From: a virus
Taxonomy: Duplodnaviria; Caudoviricetes
Virus record (IMG/VR): IMGVR_UViG_3300010965_000007
Span: 2,602 to 66,601 of that record
Strand: one strand, 5' to 3'
Length of the DNA: 64,000 nucleotides
The notes under the pieces were generated by a model, which did not search any database, was not told where the DNA came from, and saw only the letters and a program-made list of their open reading frames with translations. Shown here piece by piece: positions 18,231 through 26,899 of this stretch. Position 1 is the first letter of the stretch. The number at the start of each line of letters is the position of its first letter. Both the position numbers and the translations under genes were made by a program.

Positions 18231-20135
18231 TTACTGGCGCCATTGACGATTATTGCCAACAAACATTCCTGGTGTGAAATTAGGTTGCCCAAATGCCCCA
18301 CCGGGATTAAAGAATCCTTGGCCAGGAGCAATTAGCGCCGAGTTGACAAAGTTTGCCACGCCGCGCTGATTGTTGAAATCGCTAGTATTCAATGGTGTCA
18401 TTATTCTGACATTTGGGTTAGCGTCTCTTACGCTTTTGCCTAATGCGTCCATAAATGCCGATGTAAATGTGATTCTTTGAGCAAATCCAGTAAATTCCGC
18501 AGAATCGCCAGATAACCCCAAAAGCATTCTTTTTCTTTGAGCCAATCGAACATTAAGCGGCCCGCATTCTGGCACCCATGTGTCCGACCAATCTCTGATG
18601 AAAGTTGGAGACGTTTCGCCAAAATAATTCACGACAGCCAAATAATCAAAATCTCTCAAGTCTCTTTTCTGACCTGACCGATCTGTCCAATGCCCAAGAT
18701 GCACTCTGTTTCCAATATCGGTAAAAATAGGCATTCCTTCTGCAAAATATCTTGAGAAATGACCGTTTGTCAATGTGTTTGCTGCATTATAAATGGCCAT
18801 GTACGCTGGATGCGGATCTTTTCCAATTGACGCAGCCAAGAATACTGACGAATACCAGGTTTGAGGGCCGCATTCTGGGACATCGAGAGAAACGATCAAG
18901 CCGGGCTGAATCAGCGCTCCAATGTATTGCCCTAATTCTTCCATTTTAAACTTGTCATTTTTGACATCGACTCTTGTTCCAAACAGCCCTGGCTCCCCTT
19001 TCAAATTGGCGTCTATGTTGAGCGCTCCAATGTCATGCGGATCAAAACCGTCTCCGCTGGTCATTGTCGGCCTAAAAGATTGTATCCAATTGTTATTTTC
19101 TCGCGCAGCCAATGCTGTCGAAAGAGTTAAAAGCACGCTTCCAAGAGTATAAGATGCGCTGCTAGCAATATTGGTAATTACCATACGAGGAGCATAAAAA
19201 TAAGACGGCATTTGATTTTGCTGAGGATAGCCGTTCATTGCCTGGAAACGACCTTGGAACCCCTGCAATGCGCGATTTTGAATATATATTAAATCAATGA
19301 ATGCCGACATCGAGCTAATGACGCTTTCTCTGGCCCCGGAATTTATTGACACTTGGCGATTCATTTCTCCTCTGGCGGCTTGAGAAGTAAACTGCACCAA
19401 AACATCGCTTCTCATTGGCGACCCGCAAGCATCGGCAATTTGTTGGCGGTTAAATGCAATATTTACAACCAGATTGGCATCGCGGCCGCTAACAGTTGCC
19501 AAATTCATATCCACAAAATCAGGTTTGTGGAATTCCAATTCGTTTCCAGCGGCCAAGCCGGCATTCAAAGCCAAATAATGCACCGACGTTTTGTCTTCCG
19601 GATTGAATTCCCTGGGGACAACGCACCCATCCACCATATAGGATGGAGTATTGGGATAGATTCTCGATACGGCTTGAGAAGCCACCTCAATCAATTCCCG
19701 ATCGAGAGCTTCGCCCGTAACTCTGTATATTTCAATTTGTTGGTTATTAAATGTTTCGTACACCGGAGGAATTTTTTCTCCGGTTGCTTCAATGATAAGG
19801 ACATGCCAAGCTGCGCCTTGAGTTGGTGCAGACCTCATACGAATGCAAACCACAATTGCGGAAAATGCCAGTTTTTTAATGTTTTCTCTATCGAGACATA
19901 TGAGTGTAATTTCTGCATCTGGATGTGCGGTCTTATAGACTTCTTCGAGTTTATCTCTGATCTTCGTTAGAAGTTCAGACCCCACGGCCCCAGAAATCGG
20001 AGCGCCGAACAATCCAGACCCGGTCAGAGACCAGGTTGGGCCAGACGAAGATACATTCGTGACAGGCGGAACAGAAGAATTAGGAGTCTGATTAGAATTA
20101 GGTTGTTGGGAAGTAAAAGCGTCATTAACTGCCAT
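18231..20135 (-). CDS. chmA: Chimallin, major nuclear shell protein
   Basis: Likely start MAVNDAF at 20135 (GGAGC RBS). Blocks such as DACGSPMRSDVLV, DIGAL...RVDVK..KF, VHLGHW...KRDLRDFDYLAVVN and FTGFAQRITFTSAFMDAL align with the 201phi2-1 gp105 sequence as recalled. Adjacent to nvRNAP beta'. Confidence 0.9.
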   Translation of the reverse strand: MAVNDAFTSQQPNSNQTPNSSVPPVTNVSSSGPTWSLTGSGLFGAPISGAVGSELLTKIRDKLEEVYKTAHPDAEITLICLDRENIKKLAFSAIVVCIRMRSAPTQGAAWHVLIIEATGEKIPPVYETFNNQQIEIYRVTGEALDRELIEVASQAVSRIYPNTPSYMVDGCVVPREFNPEDKTSVHYLALNAGLAAGNELEFHKPDFVDMNLATVSGRDANLVVNIAFNRQQIADACGSPMRSDVLVQFTSQAARGEMNRQVSINSGARESVISSMSAFIDLIYIQNRALQGFQGRFQAMNGYPQQNQMPSYFYAPRMVITNIASSASYTLGSVLLTLSTALAARENNNWIQSFRPTMTSGDGFDPHDIGALNIDANLKGEPGLFGTRVDVKNDKFKMEELGQYIGALIQPGLIVSLDVPECGPQTWYSSVFLAASIGKDPHPAYMAIYNAANTLTNGHFSRYFAEGMPIFTDIGNRVHLGHWTDRSGQKRDLRDFDYLAVVNYFGETSPTFIRDWSDTWVPECGPLNVRLAQRKRMLLGLSGDSAEFTGFAQRITFTSAFMDALGKSVRDANPNVRIMTPLNTSDFNNQRGVANFVNSALIAPGQGFFNPGGAFGQPNFTPGMFVGNNRQWRQ

Positions 20136-20150
20136 TTTATGCTCCAGGAG

Positions 20151-20189
20151 TTTAAACACATCCTGTTTTTAAGACAGGATGTGTTTAAA
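20151..20189 (-). promoter_or_regulatory. 16-bp perfect hairpin directly upstream of the chmA ribosome-binding site
   Basis: tttaaacacatcctgt-N7-acaggatgtgtttaaa, ending 15 nt before the ATG. Confidence 0.55.
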
Positions 20190-20322
20190 AAGAAGGTGTG
20201 CTTTATGCACACGATTAATAACTCGTTGTTTCAAAATAATAGTAAACTCCCGCCTGTCCTAGACGAGGCGGCATTTCCTACCAATTAATAAACCATCGAA
20301 GTATTTTTTTATTTAAATGCAA

Positions 20323-20790
20323 TTAGGCGGTTGTCGTTTGAAGTCCTGGTTTCAATGGCAATGTTGGCGTTTCGTTTTTTTGATTTATTTCACTAGGATC
20401 AATTTTAAGATTCATTAGAGCTGTTAATATTTCGATTTTAATAGTTTTTTCAATTATAGAAATTCCGCATTTAAGTAAATGTTCTCTCATTTTTTCATTT
20501 ATTACAACTTCCAAGATTTCTGGAAAATCAGCATATCTTTCAAATATTATAGCTAAATAACCGCCTCTATAACTTATGATTAAAAATTGCCTACGGAAAT
20601 TGGATATTGTATATCTGTAATCAAAAGTAAGACAATCTGTTTTAACAACATCGTGTGTTTTTTTTAAATAAGCTATTAGATTTTTGTCTTCTGCATTTGG
20701 AACTCCTTCGATTATTTCTATCGGCAATTGATAATCGTGAATTCCTTTTTTGCATATAGATTTAAAGTTATCTACTAAACTATTGTCCAC
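20323..20790 (-). CDS. Hypothetical protein upstream of chmA
   Basis: 155 aa, GTG start; promoter-like motif at 20841. Confidence 0.65.
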   Translation of the reverse strand: MDNSLVDNFKSICKKGIHDYQLPIEIIEGVPNAEDKNLIAYLKKTHDVVKTDCLTFDYRYTISNFRRQFLIISYRGGYLAIIFERYADFPEILEVVINEKMREHLLKCGISIIEKTIKIEILTALMNLKIDPSEINQKNETPTLPLKPGLQTTTA

Positions 20791-20835
20791 TTTTTTGGCC
20801 TTTCTTAAAAACGATAATATTATTTATGTATTTTA

Positions 20836-20860
20836 TAAAGTATATATAACTGTTTTTTTA
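20836..20860 (-). promoter_or_regulatory. Representative early-promoter-like motif (plus strand aagTATATRTRRY...; about 20 copies)
   Basis: Cores at about 5181, 6939, 7572, 8856, 9492, 14721, 20841, 23091, 32349, 32878, 33423, 33960, 35506, 36215, 36935, 60853, 62013, 62623, 63180 and 63931. All are intergenic and upstream of minus-strand genes. Confidence 0.7.
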
Positions 20861-20905
20861 TTGGAGGCGTTTTTTACTTTCAACCTTTTATAATGGAAAT
20901 AATAA

Positions 20906-21994
20906 ATGTACAACCTTTTTGAAACGCAAAGTAAAATTCAATATCCAAAAACAATTCCTCCAGAGTTTAACTTTTTACAAAGAAGTTATAGACAAGAGTT
21001 GATAAAAATAATTAGCTATTATCAAGAAAGAAATTTTTCATTACCAATGTCTCATTTATTATCTAAAATTTTAACAAATGCCAGTGTATCTAGAAACACT
21101 CCTTTGGAAATAGCTATTGAGGCTGTATATTCTCGAAGTGACGCGGTTGCTAGAGCAATGAATATTTCTTCTCCATTATCGGCCGGCAAATTGTTTAATG
21201 GGCCTTTTTATGGAGAATCTAGCGATGAGTTTATTCTTCATTCGTCTTTCAAAGAATGGCCTGAAAAATTTATAAACAAATGGAAACAGCTTTCCCCAGT
21301 TTCTATTTTATTACATCCATTATCCAATATGTCTTTGCTACAGCCTATTGGTAAAAAAGTAAATACGGAGGAAGGAATTTCGATTTTTTCAATAGACATT
21401 GTATTGCTGGTTTTTCAATACCGTTGTTTTTTAATCGAACAAGACAAAATTCAACAAAGGAATGACGCTTCGTTTTCTGCTCCTTTATTTATTAGAAAAT
21501 ACGTATTGCCAAATATGTTATATCAACAAACAGACATAGTTATTATTAATAGATTGATGAATTTATTTTACGGTGCCCCAATGGGAGCCGCTTTATTTCG
21601 TTATCCGTTTCCTATTGACAATTATCAATTGAAAATTGATTCTTTATTAGGTAAAGTTATTAAACATATTGAAAATAAAAAAATGCGATATGAAGCAATG
21701 TTGCAACAAATTCCTTGTATAACAAAAGAAAATGCTCAAACTACTTTAATGTTGCCGGAAATAGCTCCAACAAGACAAATTTATTGGTTATTAATTATAA
21801 GTAGGTTATCCATAATTAAATTTTTAATAGACATTGGTGGAAAAAACGCTATAGTTACAAATAGAGATGAAATTGTTAGATTAAAAAGAACTTTAAGAAT
21901 TATTAGTATTGAAAATCAATGGCCTTCAATGATTTCATCTGATATTTTATATAATGTTGAAAGTTTAATTAAAGAATTGCTGGCTGTTAATTAA
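20906..21994 (+). CDS. Conserved chimallivirus core protein, divergently oriented next to the chmA block
   Basis: 362 aa MYNLF... family recalled beside chimallin in phiKZ-like phages; function unknown. Confidence 0.6.
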   Translation: MYNLFETQSKIQYPKTIPPEFNFLQRSYRQELIKIISYYQERNFSLPMSHLLSKILTNASVSRNTPLEIAIEAVYSRSDAVARAMNISSPLSAGKLFNGPFYGESSDEFILHSSFKEWPEKFINKWKQLSPVSILLHPLSNMSLLQPIGKKVNTEEGISIFSIDIVLLVFQYRCFLIEQDKIQQRNDASFSAPLFIRKYVLPNMLYQQTDIVIINRLMNLFYGAPMGAALFRYPFPIDNYQLKIDSLLGKVIKHIENKKMRYEAMLQQIPCITKENAQTTLMLPEIAPTRQIYWLLIISRLSIIKFLIDIGGKNAIVTNRDEIVRLKRTLRIISIENQWPSMISSDILYNVESLIKELLAVN

Positions 21995-22006
21995 AAAAAA
22001 CATTAT

Positions 22007-22038
22007 CTTTAGGGCGCTTTTGTAGGAGCGCCCTAAAG
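22007..22038. terminator. Hairpin between convergent genes
   Basis: ctttagggcgct-N8-agcgccctaaag. Confidence 0.7.
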
Positions 22039-22050
22039 CTATACCGCTAT

Positions 22051-22377
22051 TCAGTAAGCGTTTAATAGATATTCGATTAACCTGTCCTTATCGTGAAATT
22101 CATTCAACCTTCCTGGCCGTTCATCTTTTCTTTGCACTGAGCACCCGCCGTCTTCTCGGCATGTTATTATTATTCGATCAAATTTAATTTCCAAACACAG
22201 TCCGGCTTCCTTGACAGTCGCCTCTTTATCAAAGTTATGCCTTATTCTGGCTAACAAATCTAGCGTTTCTTTGACAAAAGAGCGCTGGGTCTGTTCTGGG
22301 TTGATTTTCTGCATGATGTTCTCTATAGGTGAGGTTGTATTAGCCGTTATTTCATTATAACGGCGGCCGTTAGGCAT
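22051..22377 (-). CDS. Hypothetical protein
   Basis: The probable start is the internal MQKINPEQ at 22314. Confidence 0.55.
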   Translation of the reverse strand: MPNGRRYNEITANTTSPIENIMQKINPEQTQRSFVKETLDLLARIRHNFDKEATVKEAGLCLEIKFDRIIITCREDGGCSVQRKDERPGRLNEFHDKDRLIEYLLNAY

Positions 22378-22601
22378 TCCATTACCTTTTGAAAACTGTG
22401 AAGCGTTACCTTTGCTTTTTCTTTAGTTTCCAAAATATAAATTGTATTTCCAGCTTCCTGCAATTCATAGTTAATAATTCCATGCTCCGTTTGAATAGAC
22501 GCTTTATCATTTGAATGCACTGTAACAAAGGCGTTTTCATCAATTTCGTCTTTAATTATTTTTAAATCTTTTTCAAGCTTGGTTTTTTTTTCTTTGGCCA
22601 T
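22347..22601 (-). CDS. Hypothetical protein
   Basis: 84-aa ORF in the minus-strand gene run. Confidence 0.55.
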   Translation of the reverse strand: MAKEKKTKLEKDLKIIKDEIDENAFVTVHSNDKASIQTEHGIINYELQEAGNTIYILETKEKAKVTLHSFQKVMECLTAAVIMK

Positions 22602-22626
22602 TTGCTTTTTGTCTGCTTTTTTACTA

Positions 22627-23046
22627 TTAGACGCAATCTTCGATTACTGTCCCCCAGCTATGTTCATGAACTTTTATCACCGCCATTACAGCGGTTATGG
22701 AAGCTCCAGATTCTTGCACTACTTCTTTTAGCGGGCGCTCTTCTAAATAATATTCTTTCAAAATAAAAATGACTAAATCACTTGTCATTTTTACTCTGCT
22801 TTTCCAATAGCAATTTTCTTTAGAGAAATTTTTATTTGAATCATGCCTTGATAGGCATGTGTTTATTGGTTTTCTTCCCATGTCCCTTATAAAATTTTCA
22901 ATTTCGCGCCATTCTTTACATACTGTTATTCCGATTTTACCACAGCTATTGTAGGATGGTTTGTCTTTATTATAACAAGACCCCATCATGCTTGCCCATA
23001 TGTGGTAGAGAGGGTGGTTTGATAAACCATGACGATCGTGTTTCAT
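22627..23046 (-). CDS. Degenerate HNH-endonuclease-like protein with C-terminal HTH
   Basis: HGLSNHPLYHIWASM..SCYN...GITVCKEW..FIRDMG matches a common phage HNH family. The usual SLDRIDN..GNY...NCRW site reads CLSRHDSNKNFSKENCYW here. Confidence 0.65.
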   Translation of the reverse strand: MKHDRHGLSNHPLYHIWASMMGSCYNKDKPSYNSCGKIGITVCKEWREIENFIRDMGRKPINTCLSRHDSNKNFSKENCYWKSRVKMTSDLVIFILKEYYLEERPLKEVVQESGASITAVMAVIKVHEHSWGTVIEDCV

Positions 23047-23117
23047 AATTGACGCCTCGTTATTAATAACAATTGATGAATCAAAAAAAGTATATATAAC
23101 TGTTTTTTTAATCGTTT

Positions 23118-23666
23118 TTAAATATCTCCTCCTAAAAATCTATCATAAAAAACAGTTATAGAATTTGGATTTTGTAGATTAAAAATAGGTATTGAAAAAT
23201 AGGACGCAATTGCAATTGCAAGCCCTGTGCCTCCAGTTCTTGCAGTTCTGTCTTTTTTATCTTCACATCCGTCTTGTGTCCAGCAAACTATAAACTTTGA
23301 TGGAGTTTTTAAATCGTAACCTAAAACTTGGTGTGCATTTCTGGCCATTAAAGATTTTACCGGAGCGGACAATCTGTCCCATACCGGATGAAATTTTGAA
23401 GAAAGTTTATATGCTTCTGAAGTTGGTTTAACAAATGTGCTTTCATTATCTCTAAACTTTGGCCAAGGTAAAAAAATTTCTGATCTTTGCGACCCTTTTT
23501 CAAACGCAGAATCTGCTCCTTCGGCTCCTCCTGATCGCAAAGTAAAACCTCTATGGAAAAGATCTTTTGCAATGTCTTCCATTAAAAATAAAAAACGCTG
23601 CGGAGTTTTTTTGCTTCCGATTCCAGCGTACGCCTTGTAAATTAAGGTAGGTTCTTTGTTTATCAT
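23118..23666 (-). CDS. SLOG/DprA-like Rossmann-fold protein
   Basis: YAGIGS..TP, LRSGGAEGADSAFE, and GGTGLAIAIA motifs. Confidence 0.75.
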   Translation of the reverse strand: MINKEPTLIYKAYAGIGSKKTPQRFLFLMEDIAKDLFHRGFTLRSGGAEGADSAFEKGSQRSEIFLPWPKFRDNESTFVKPTSEAYKLSSKFHPVWDRLSAPVKSLMARNAHQVLGYDLKTPSKFIVCWTQDGCEDKKDRTARTGGTGLAIAIASYFSIPIFNLQNPNSITVFYDRFLGGDI

Positions 23667-23672
23667 AAAAAT

Positions 23673-24137
23673 TTACCAAAGCACACAAAGAGTCATTTCT
23701 ACATTGGACGGAACGCTATTTTCAATAATGTTTTCTATAATTGCCCAATTACCTCCTCCTAATGATGCTCCTATTTTGTGAAAATATAACGGAAGGTCTA
23801 AAATTAACGCCATGTCTGAGGCGGTTTTAAAGGCCATTTCAATTGCGTCATAAGAAACATATCTTTTGCCTTCGGCCCTTCCATAAAACTCCTGTGTGAT
23901 GGCATTTGCTATGTAGAATTTTGGTGTGATTTTTGTCCATAGCACTAACCCTAATAATCTATGGCGTTCATTTTTATTAGTTCTATTAATTAAATTTATA
24001 TAGTCTATAAATATCCTAGGATAGCGTTTTCTTAATTGTAAAGCTATTCCAGCTCCCATAACACCTTGGGCATTGCAACCGTGAACAATTATTCCTTCTT
24101 TTATAGATAATAAATCTTTATTAACTTTGTTTATCAA
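23673..24137 (-). CDS. Macrodomain (ADP-ribose-binding/hydrolase) protein
   Basis: IVHGCNAQGVMGAGIA and KIGASLGGGNW macrodomain motifs. Confidence 0.9.
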   Translation of the reverse strand: MINKVNKDLLSIKEGIIVHGCNAQGVMGAGIALQLRKRYPRIFIDYINLINRTNKNERHRLLGLVLWTKITPKFYIANAITQEFYGRAEGKRYVSYDAIEMAFKTASDMALILDLPLYFHKIGASLGGGNWAIIENIIENSVPSNVEMTLCVLW

Positions 24138-24220
24138 GGTTACCTCGGCATTTTTTATTTTTGGTTAAAAAAAATAGTTAATGTTTTTTTACTAAAGACG
24201 CCGTCCTTGGCATCTAGCAA

Positions 24221-24574
24221 TTAGGCGTTTATCAAAGCAAAGCTTCGATTTTCCGGCTGCCTAATTAGTAAACGTAAACCTATTACGATTTTATCTTTTT
24301 TAATTGGAAAAACTAGGTCACCTCCCGTTAATATAAATAACTCTCCGCAGAAAAATGTTACATTTAAAATTCCAGGATAATAAATTACATTTGTCATTCG
24401 ATTTTCGTCTTTATTGACGAGCGCTGGCACATAATTCAAAGAGTGTCTTTTATCAACTACTTCTTTTGTTATGCGGCAGTCATCGAATGTTGTTATTTTT
24501 ATTACTTTGGAACTTAAAGTGGTTTCAATAAGTTTTGCTATTTTTTTTATTTCATTCAGATTTACTCTCATCAA
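24221..24574 (-). CDS. Hypothetical protein
   Basis: 117 aa; overlaps the stop of the upstream gene. Confidence 0.55.
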   Translation of the reverse strand: MMRVNLNEIKKIAKLIETTLSSKVIKITTFDDCRITKEVVDKRHSLNYVPALVNKDENRMTNVIYYPGILNVTFFCGELFILTGGDLVFPIKKDKIVIGLRLLIRQPENRSFALINA

Positions 24575-25182
24575 TAATGGCGCGATATGTGTCTATCACT
24601 AAACACAAGAATTTCGTCGTTGTTAGCAACATTAGACGACTTTTTATTATCCCAGTATTCTTCTTCTGGGCGAAACACGCATGTTCTATCGTCTGTTTCT
24701 TCGGGTATAAAACCCAGCTTTTTGATTCTCTCTAATTCATTAGCAATTTTGAAATTTTGGGCATTATGCGACCACGTTTTTCTTTGAGAATACCCTACAA
24801 TTTCATTACTTGTGCACGAACCTTTCATCATTTCTATTGCGCTATCGTCAATTGCTTGATCAACAAAAATTTCAATGCCATTTTCATTTGGGTCGATTTC
24901 TTTATGAGAATCGGTTTTTTCAACATCAAAATTTGGTTTTTCTTTTTTAACCCTATACGTTTTTATTGGACTGTGTTGGGTTAAGTTAATTAAACCAGTT
25001 TCCTGTAGATGATTTAGGACGGAATAAATTGTAGGCAACGATATTTTTGAGCCTTTTAATGTTTCTGTTTTTTGTAATATTTCCTTGCAATTTGGATCAG
25101 AGATTTGACTATTTCCTATTTCTTCTACCGCCTGATATACATATTTTTGATTGGGGGTTAATTTTTTTGCTTGAACGTTCAT
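24571..25182 (-). CDS. Winged-helix (Fur-like) DNA-binding domain protein
   Basis: KISLPTIYSVLNHLQETGLI resembles the Fur/wHTH recognition helix and wing. Confidence 0.6.
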   Translation of the reverse strand: MNVQAKKLTPNQKYVYQAVEEIGNSQISDPNCKEILQKTETLKGSKISLPTIYSVLNHLQETGLINLTQHSPIKTYRVKKEKPNFDVEKTDSHKEIDPNENGIEIFVDQAIDDSAIEMMKGSCTSNEIVGYSQRKTWSHNAQNFKIANELERIKKLGFIPEETDDRTCVFRPEEEYWDNKKSSNVANNDEILVFSDRHISRHY

Positions 25183-25276
25183 ATATTTTAGCCTACTTTG
25201 TTAGTTTGAAGTTTAAACAACGATTAATTCACATCATTGCAAAATTAATATATAGAACTATATTAATTTAGAATAA

Positions 25277-26005
25277 CTATTTTTGAATAATATGATTTTT
25301 TAATAAATCAGAAATAATTAAATCCCTTATTGAAATAGCGCTTTTTAGTTTTTTATTTTTTTCGTCGTAACACTCAATTTCCGAATGAATTTCTGCTATT
25401 GCATATGTGTTGTGGCTATTAATTGACTTATATAAAGATAAAGATTCTTCTTGTAAAGCTATGTTTTTTTCATATTCATCGAGCGGAATAGATCCGGCAT
25501 TTTGCAAATTGCTTCTGCTAGCAAGTAATTGCCTTAAGATTTCTATTGGCACGGATAGGAAAAATTGAATATCGGCTACAGGCATAGCGTTTTGAACCAT
25601 TTCTAATGTAGTAATGTGACTTGCTACAATTCCAGATATTTTATCAGACACAATAGGGACTTTGTTTGACCAAAGCTTTGCTTCAGCAGAGCCGTATGCA
25701 ATCATAGAGGTAATGTATCTATCGCATATAACAATTTTTCCATCAATTAAATCATTATACATTTCATCCCTGGCAGCTAAACGATCATTGGCAAATAATG
25801 CAATTTTTGTAAATAAATTTTCAGACTTAGTCGTTAATATTTTTTTTATTTCTTTTCCAGTCGGAGTATTATATCTAGGGAATGAATAAATAACGCATTT
25901 ATGCCCAAACCCGTCGAGTGCTTCTTTTAATAAAAGCGACTGAGTTTCTTTTCCAGACCCGTCAGCCCCTTCTATAACAATAAGTTGTCCTTTTTTAAGT
26001 TTCAT
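25277..26005 (-). CDS. tmk: Thymidylate kinase
   Basis: P-loop IVIEGADGSGKETQ, FPRY, and DRY motifs; likely start MKLKKGQ at 26005. Confidence 0.9.
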   Translation of the reverse strand: MKLKKGQLIVIEGADGSGKETQSLLLKEALDGFGHKCVIYSFPRYNTPTGKEIKKILTTKSENLFTKIALFANDRLAARDEMYNDLIDGKIVICDRYITSMIAYGSAEAKLWSNKVPIVSDKISGIVASHITTLEMVQNAMPVADIQFFLSVPIEILRQLLASRSNLQNAGSIPLDEYEKNIALQEESLSLYKSINSHNTYAIAEIHSEIECYDEKNKKLKSAISIRDLIISDLLKNHIIQK

Positions 26006-26080
26006 GAAAAAACCCTTTGTAAAAAGTGGCGGCACATTATATGAATTAAATGGTTTTGTGCCGTAGTTACTGGAGCAAAA

Positions 26081-26899
26081 ATGAATATATTATCGAAGGC
26101 TGTTGCCGAAATAAAGTTTACTATTCCCAGAGAAATATTAGAAGCAGCATTCAGAAGCAATAACGGAAGTTGGAGAGAATCAACAATTGGGCTTGATGAA
26201 AAAATTTTATCAAAAGTAATTCGGCCTCGTGTATTGGTAGACTGCGACAATGTTGGAGGCCGGATGGTTATGATACCTGTTTCCGGTTTGACCCCATTGG
26301 AAGCAGACCAATCCATGGTTGTTTATACAATTCCGAAAGAACTTACTGGAAACAGATCAATTATATCGGCGTTATCAATGACTTATTTGCCATACGCGAG
26401 CGGTTATGGAGGAGCAGGAATTAACTATAGTGTGTTTAACTCCTATGGTGTTAATTCAGTAATGACTGCCGCTCAACATGTATCGGACGCAGTTAGTGAC
26501 ATACCGTTTATTTCAACAGGGTATGTTGAATTAATAGGAGAAAATACGGTTTATTTTAGAGATGTTTTTCGCGCTGGAGCTGCATATTTCTTAAGATGCA
26601 TACTAGGAAATGAAGAAAATCTTAATAACATTAGCCCGCGCAGCTATTATAATTTTGCAAAATTGTGCGAATATGCTATAAAGTCATATATTTATACAAA
26701 ATTAATTATTTTAGTTGATAAAGCTTTTTTACAGGGAGGACAAGAACTAGGATCGTTTAAAAATGTTTTAGACTCAATGGCGGATTCTGAAGAATTATAC
26801 GGAACTTATTTGCAGGAGGTATGGAGAAAAGTCGCATTCATGAACGACACCGAATCCTATACCAGATTTATCAAATCGCAATTTAATACAGGGATTTAA
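26081..26899 (+). CDS. Conserved jumbo-phage protein convergent with DNA polymerase (possibly virion-associated)
   Basis: 272 aa, KAV.EIKFTIP.EIL...KVIRPRVLVDC family pattern; 4-nt overlap with the end of the polymerase gene. Confidence 0.55.
   Translation: MNILSKAVAEIKFTIPREILEAAFRSNNGSWRESTIGLDEKILSKVIRPRVLVDCDNVGGRMVMIPVSGLTPLEADQSMVVYTIPKELTGNRSIISALSMTYLPYASGYGGAGINYSVFNSYGVNSVMTAAQHVSDAVSDIPFISTGYVELIGENTVYFRDVFRAGAAYFLRCILGNEENLNNISPRSYYNFAKLCEYAIKSYIYTKLIILVDKAFLQGGQELGSFKNVLDSMADSEELYGTYLQEVWRKVAFMNDTESYTRFIKSQFNTGI

Noticed and set aside
19353-19970. 205-aa plus-strand ORF and other antisense ORFs inside chmA, the sheath, RNAP and similar genes
   Set aside because: They are shadows of long, motif-bearing genes on the opposite strand and carry no recognisable motifs.
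22051-22601. Programmed frameshift joining the overlapping 84-aa and 108-aa ORFs
   Set aside because: An internal ATG at 22314 removes the overlap, and no convincing slippery site was seen.
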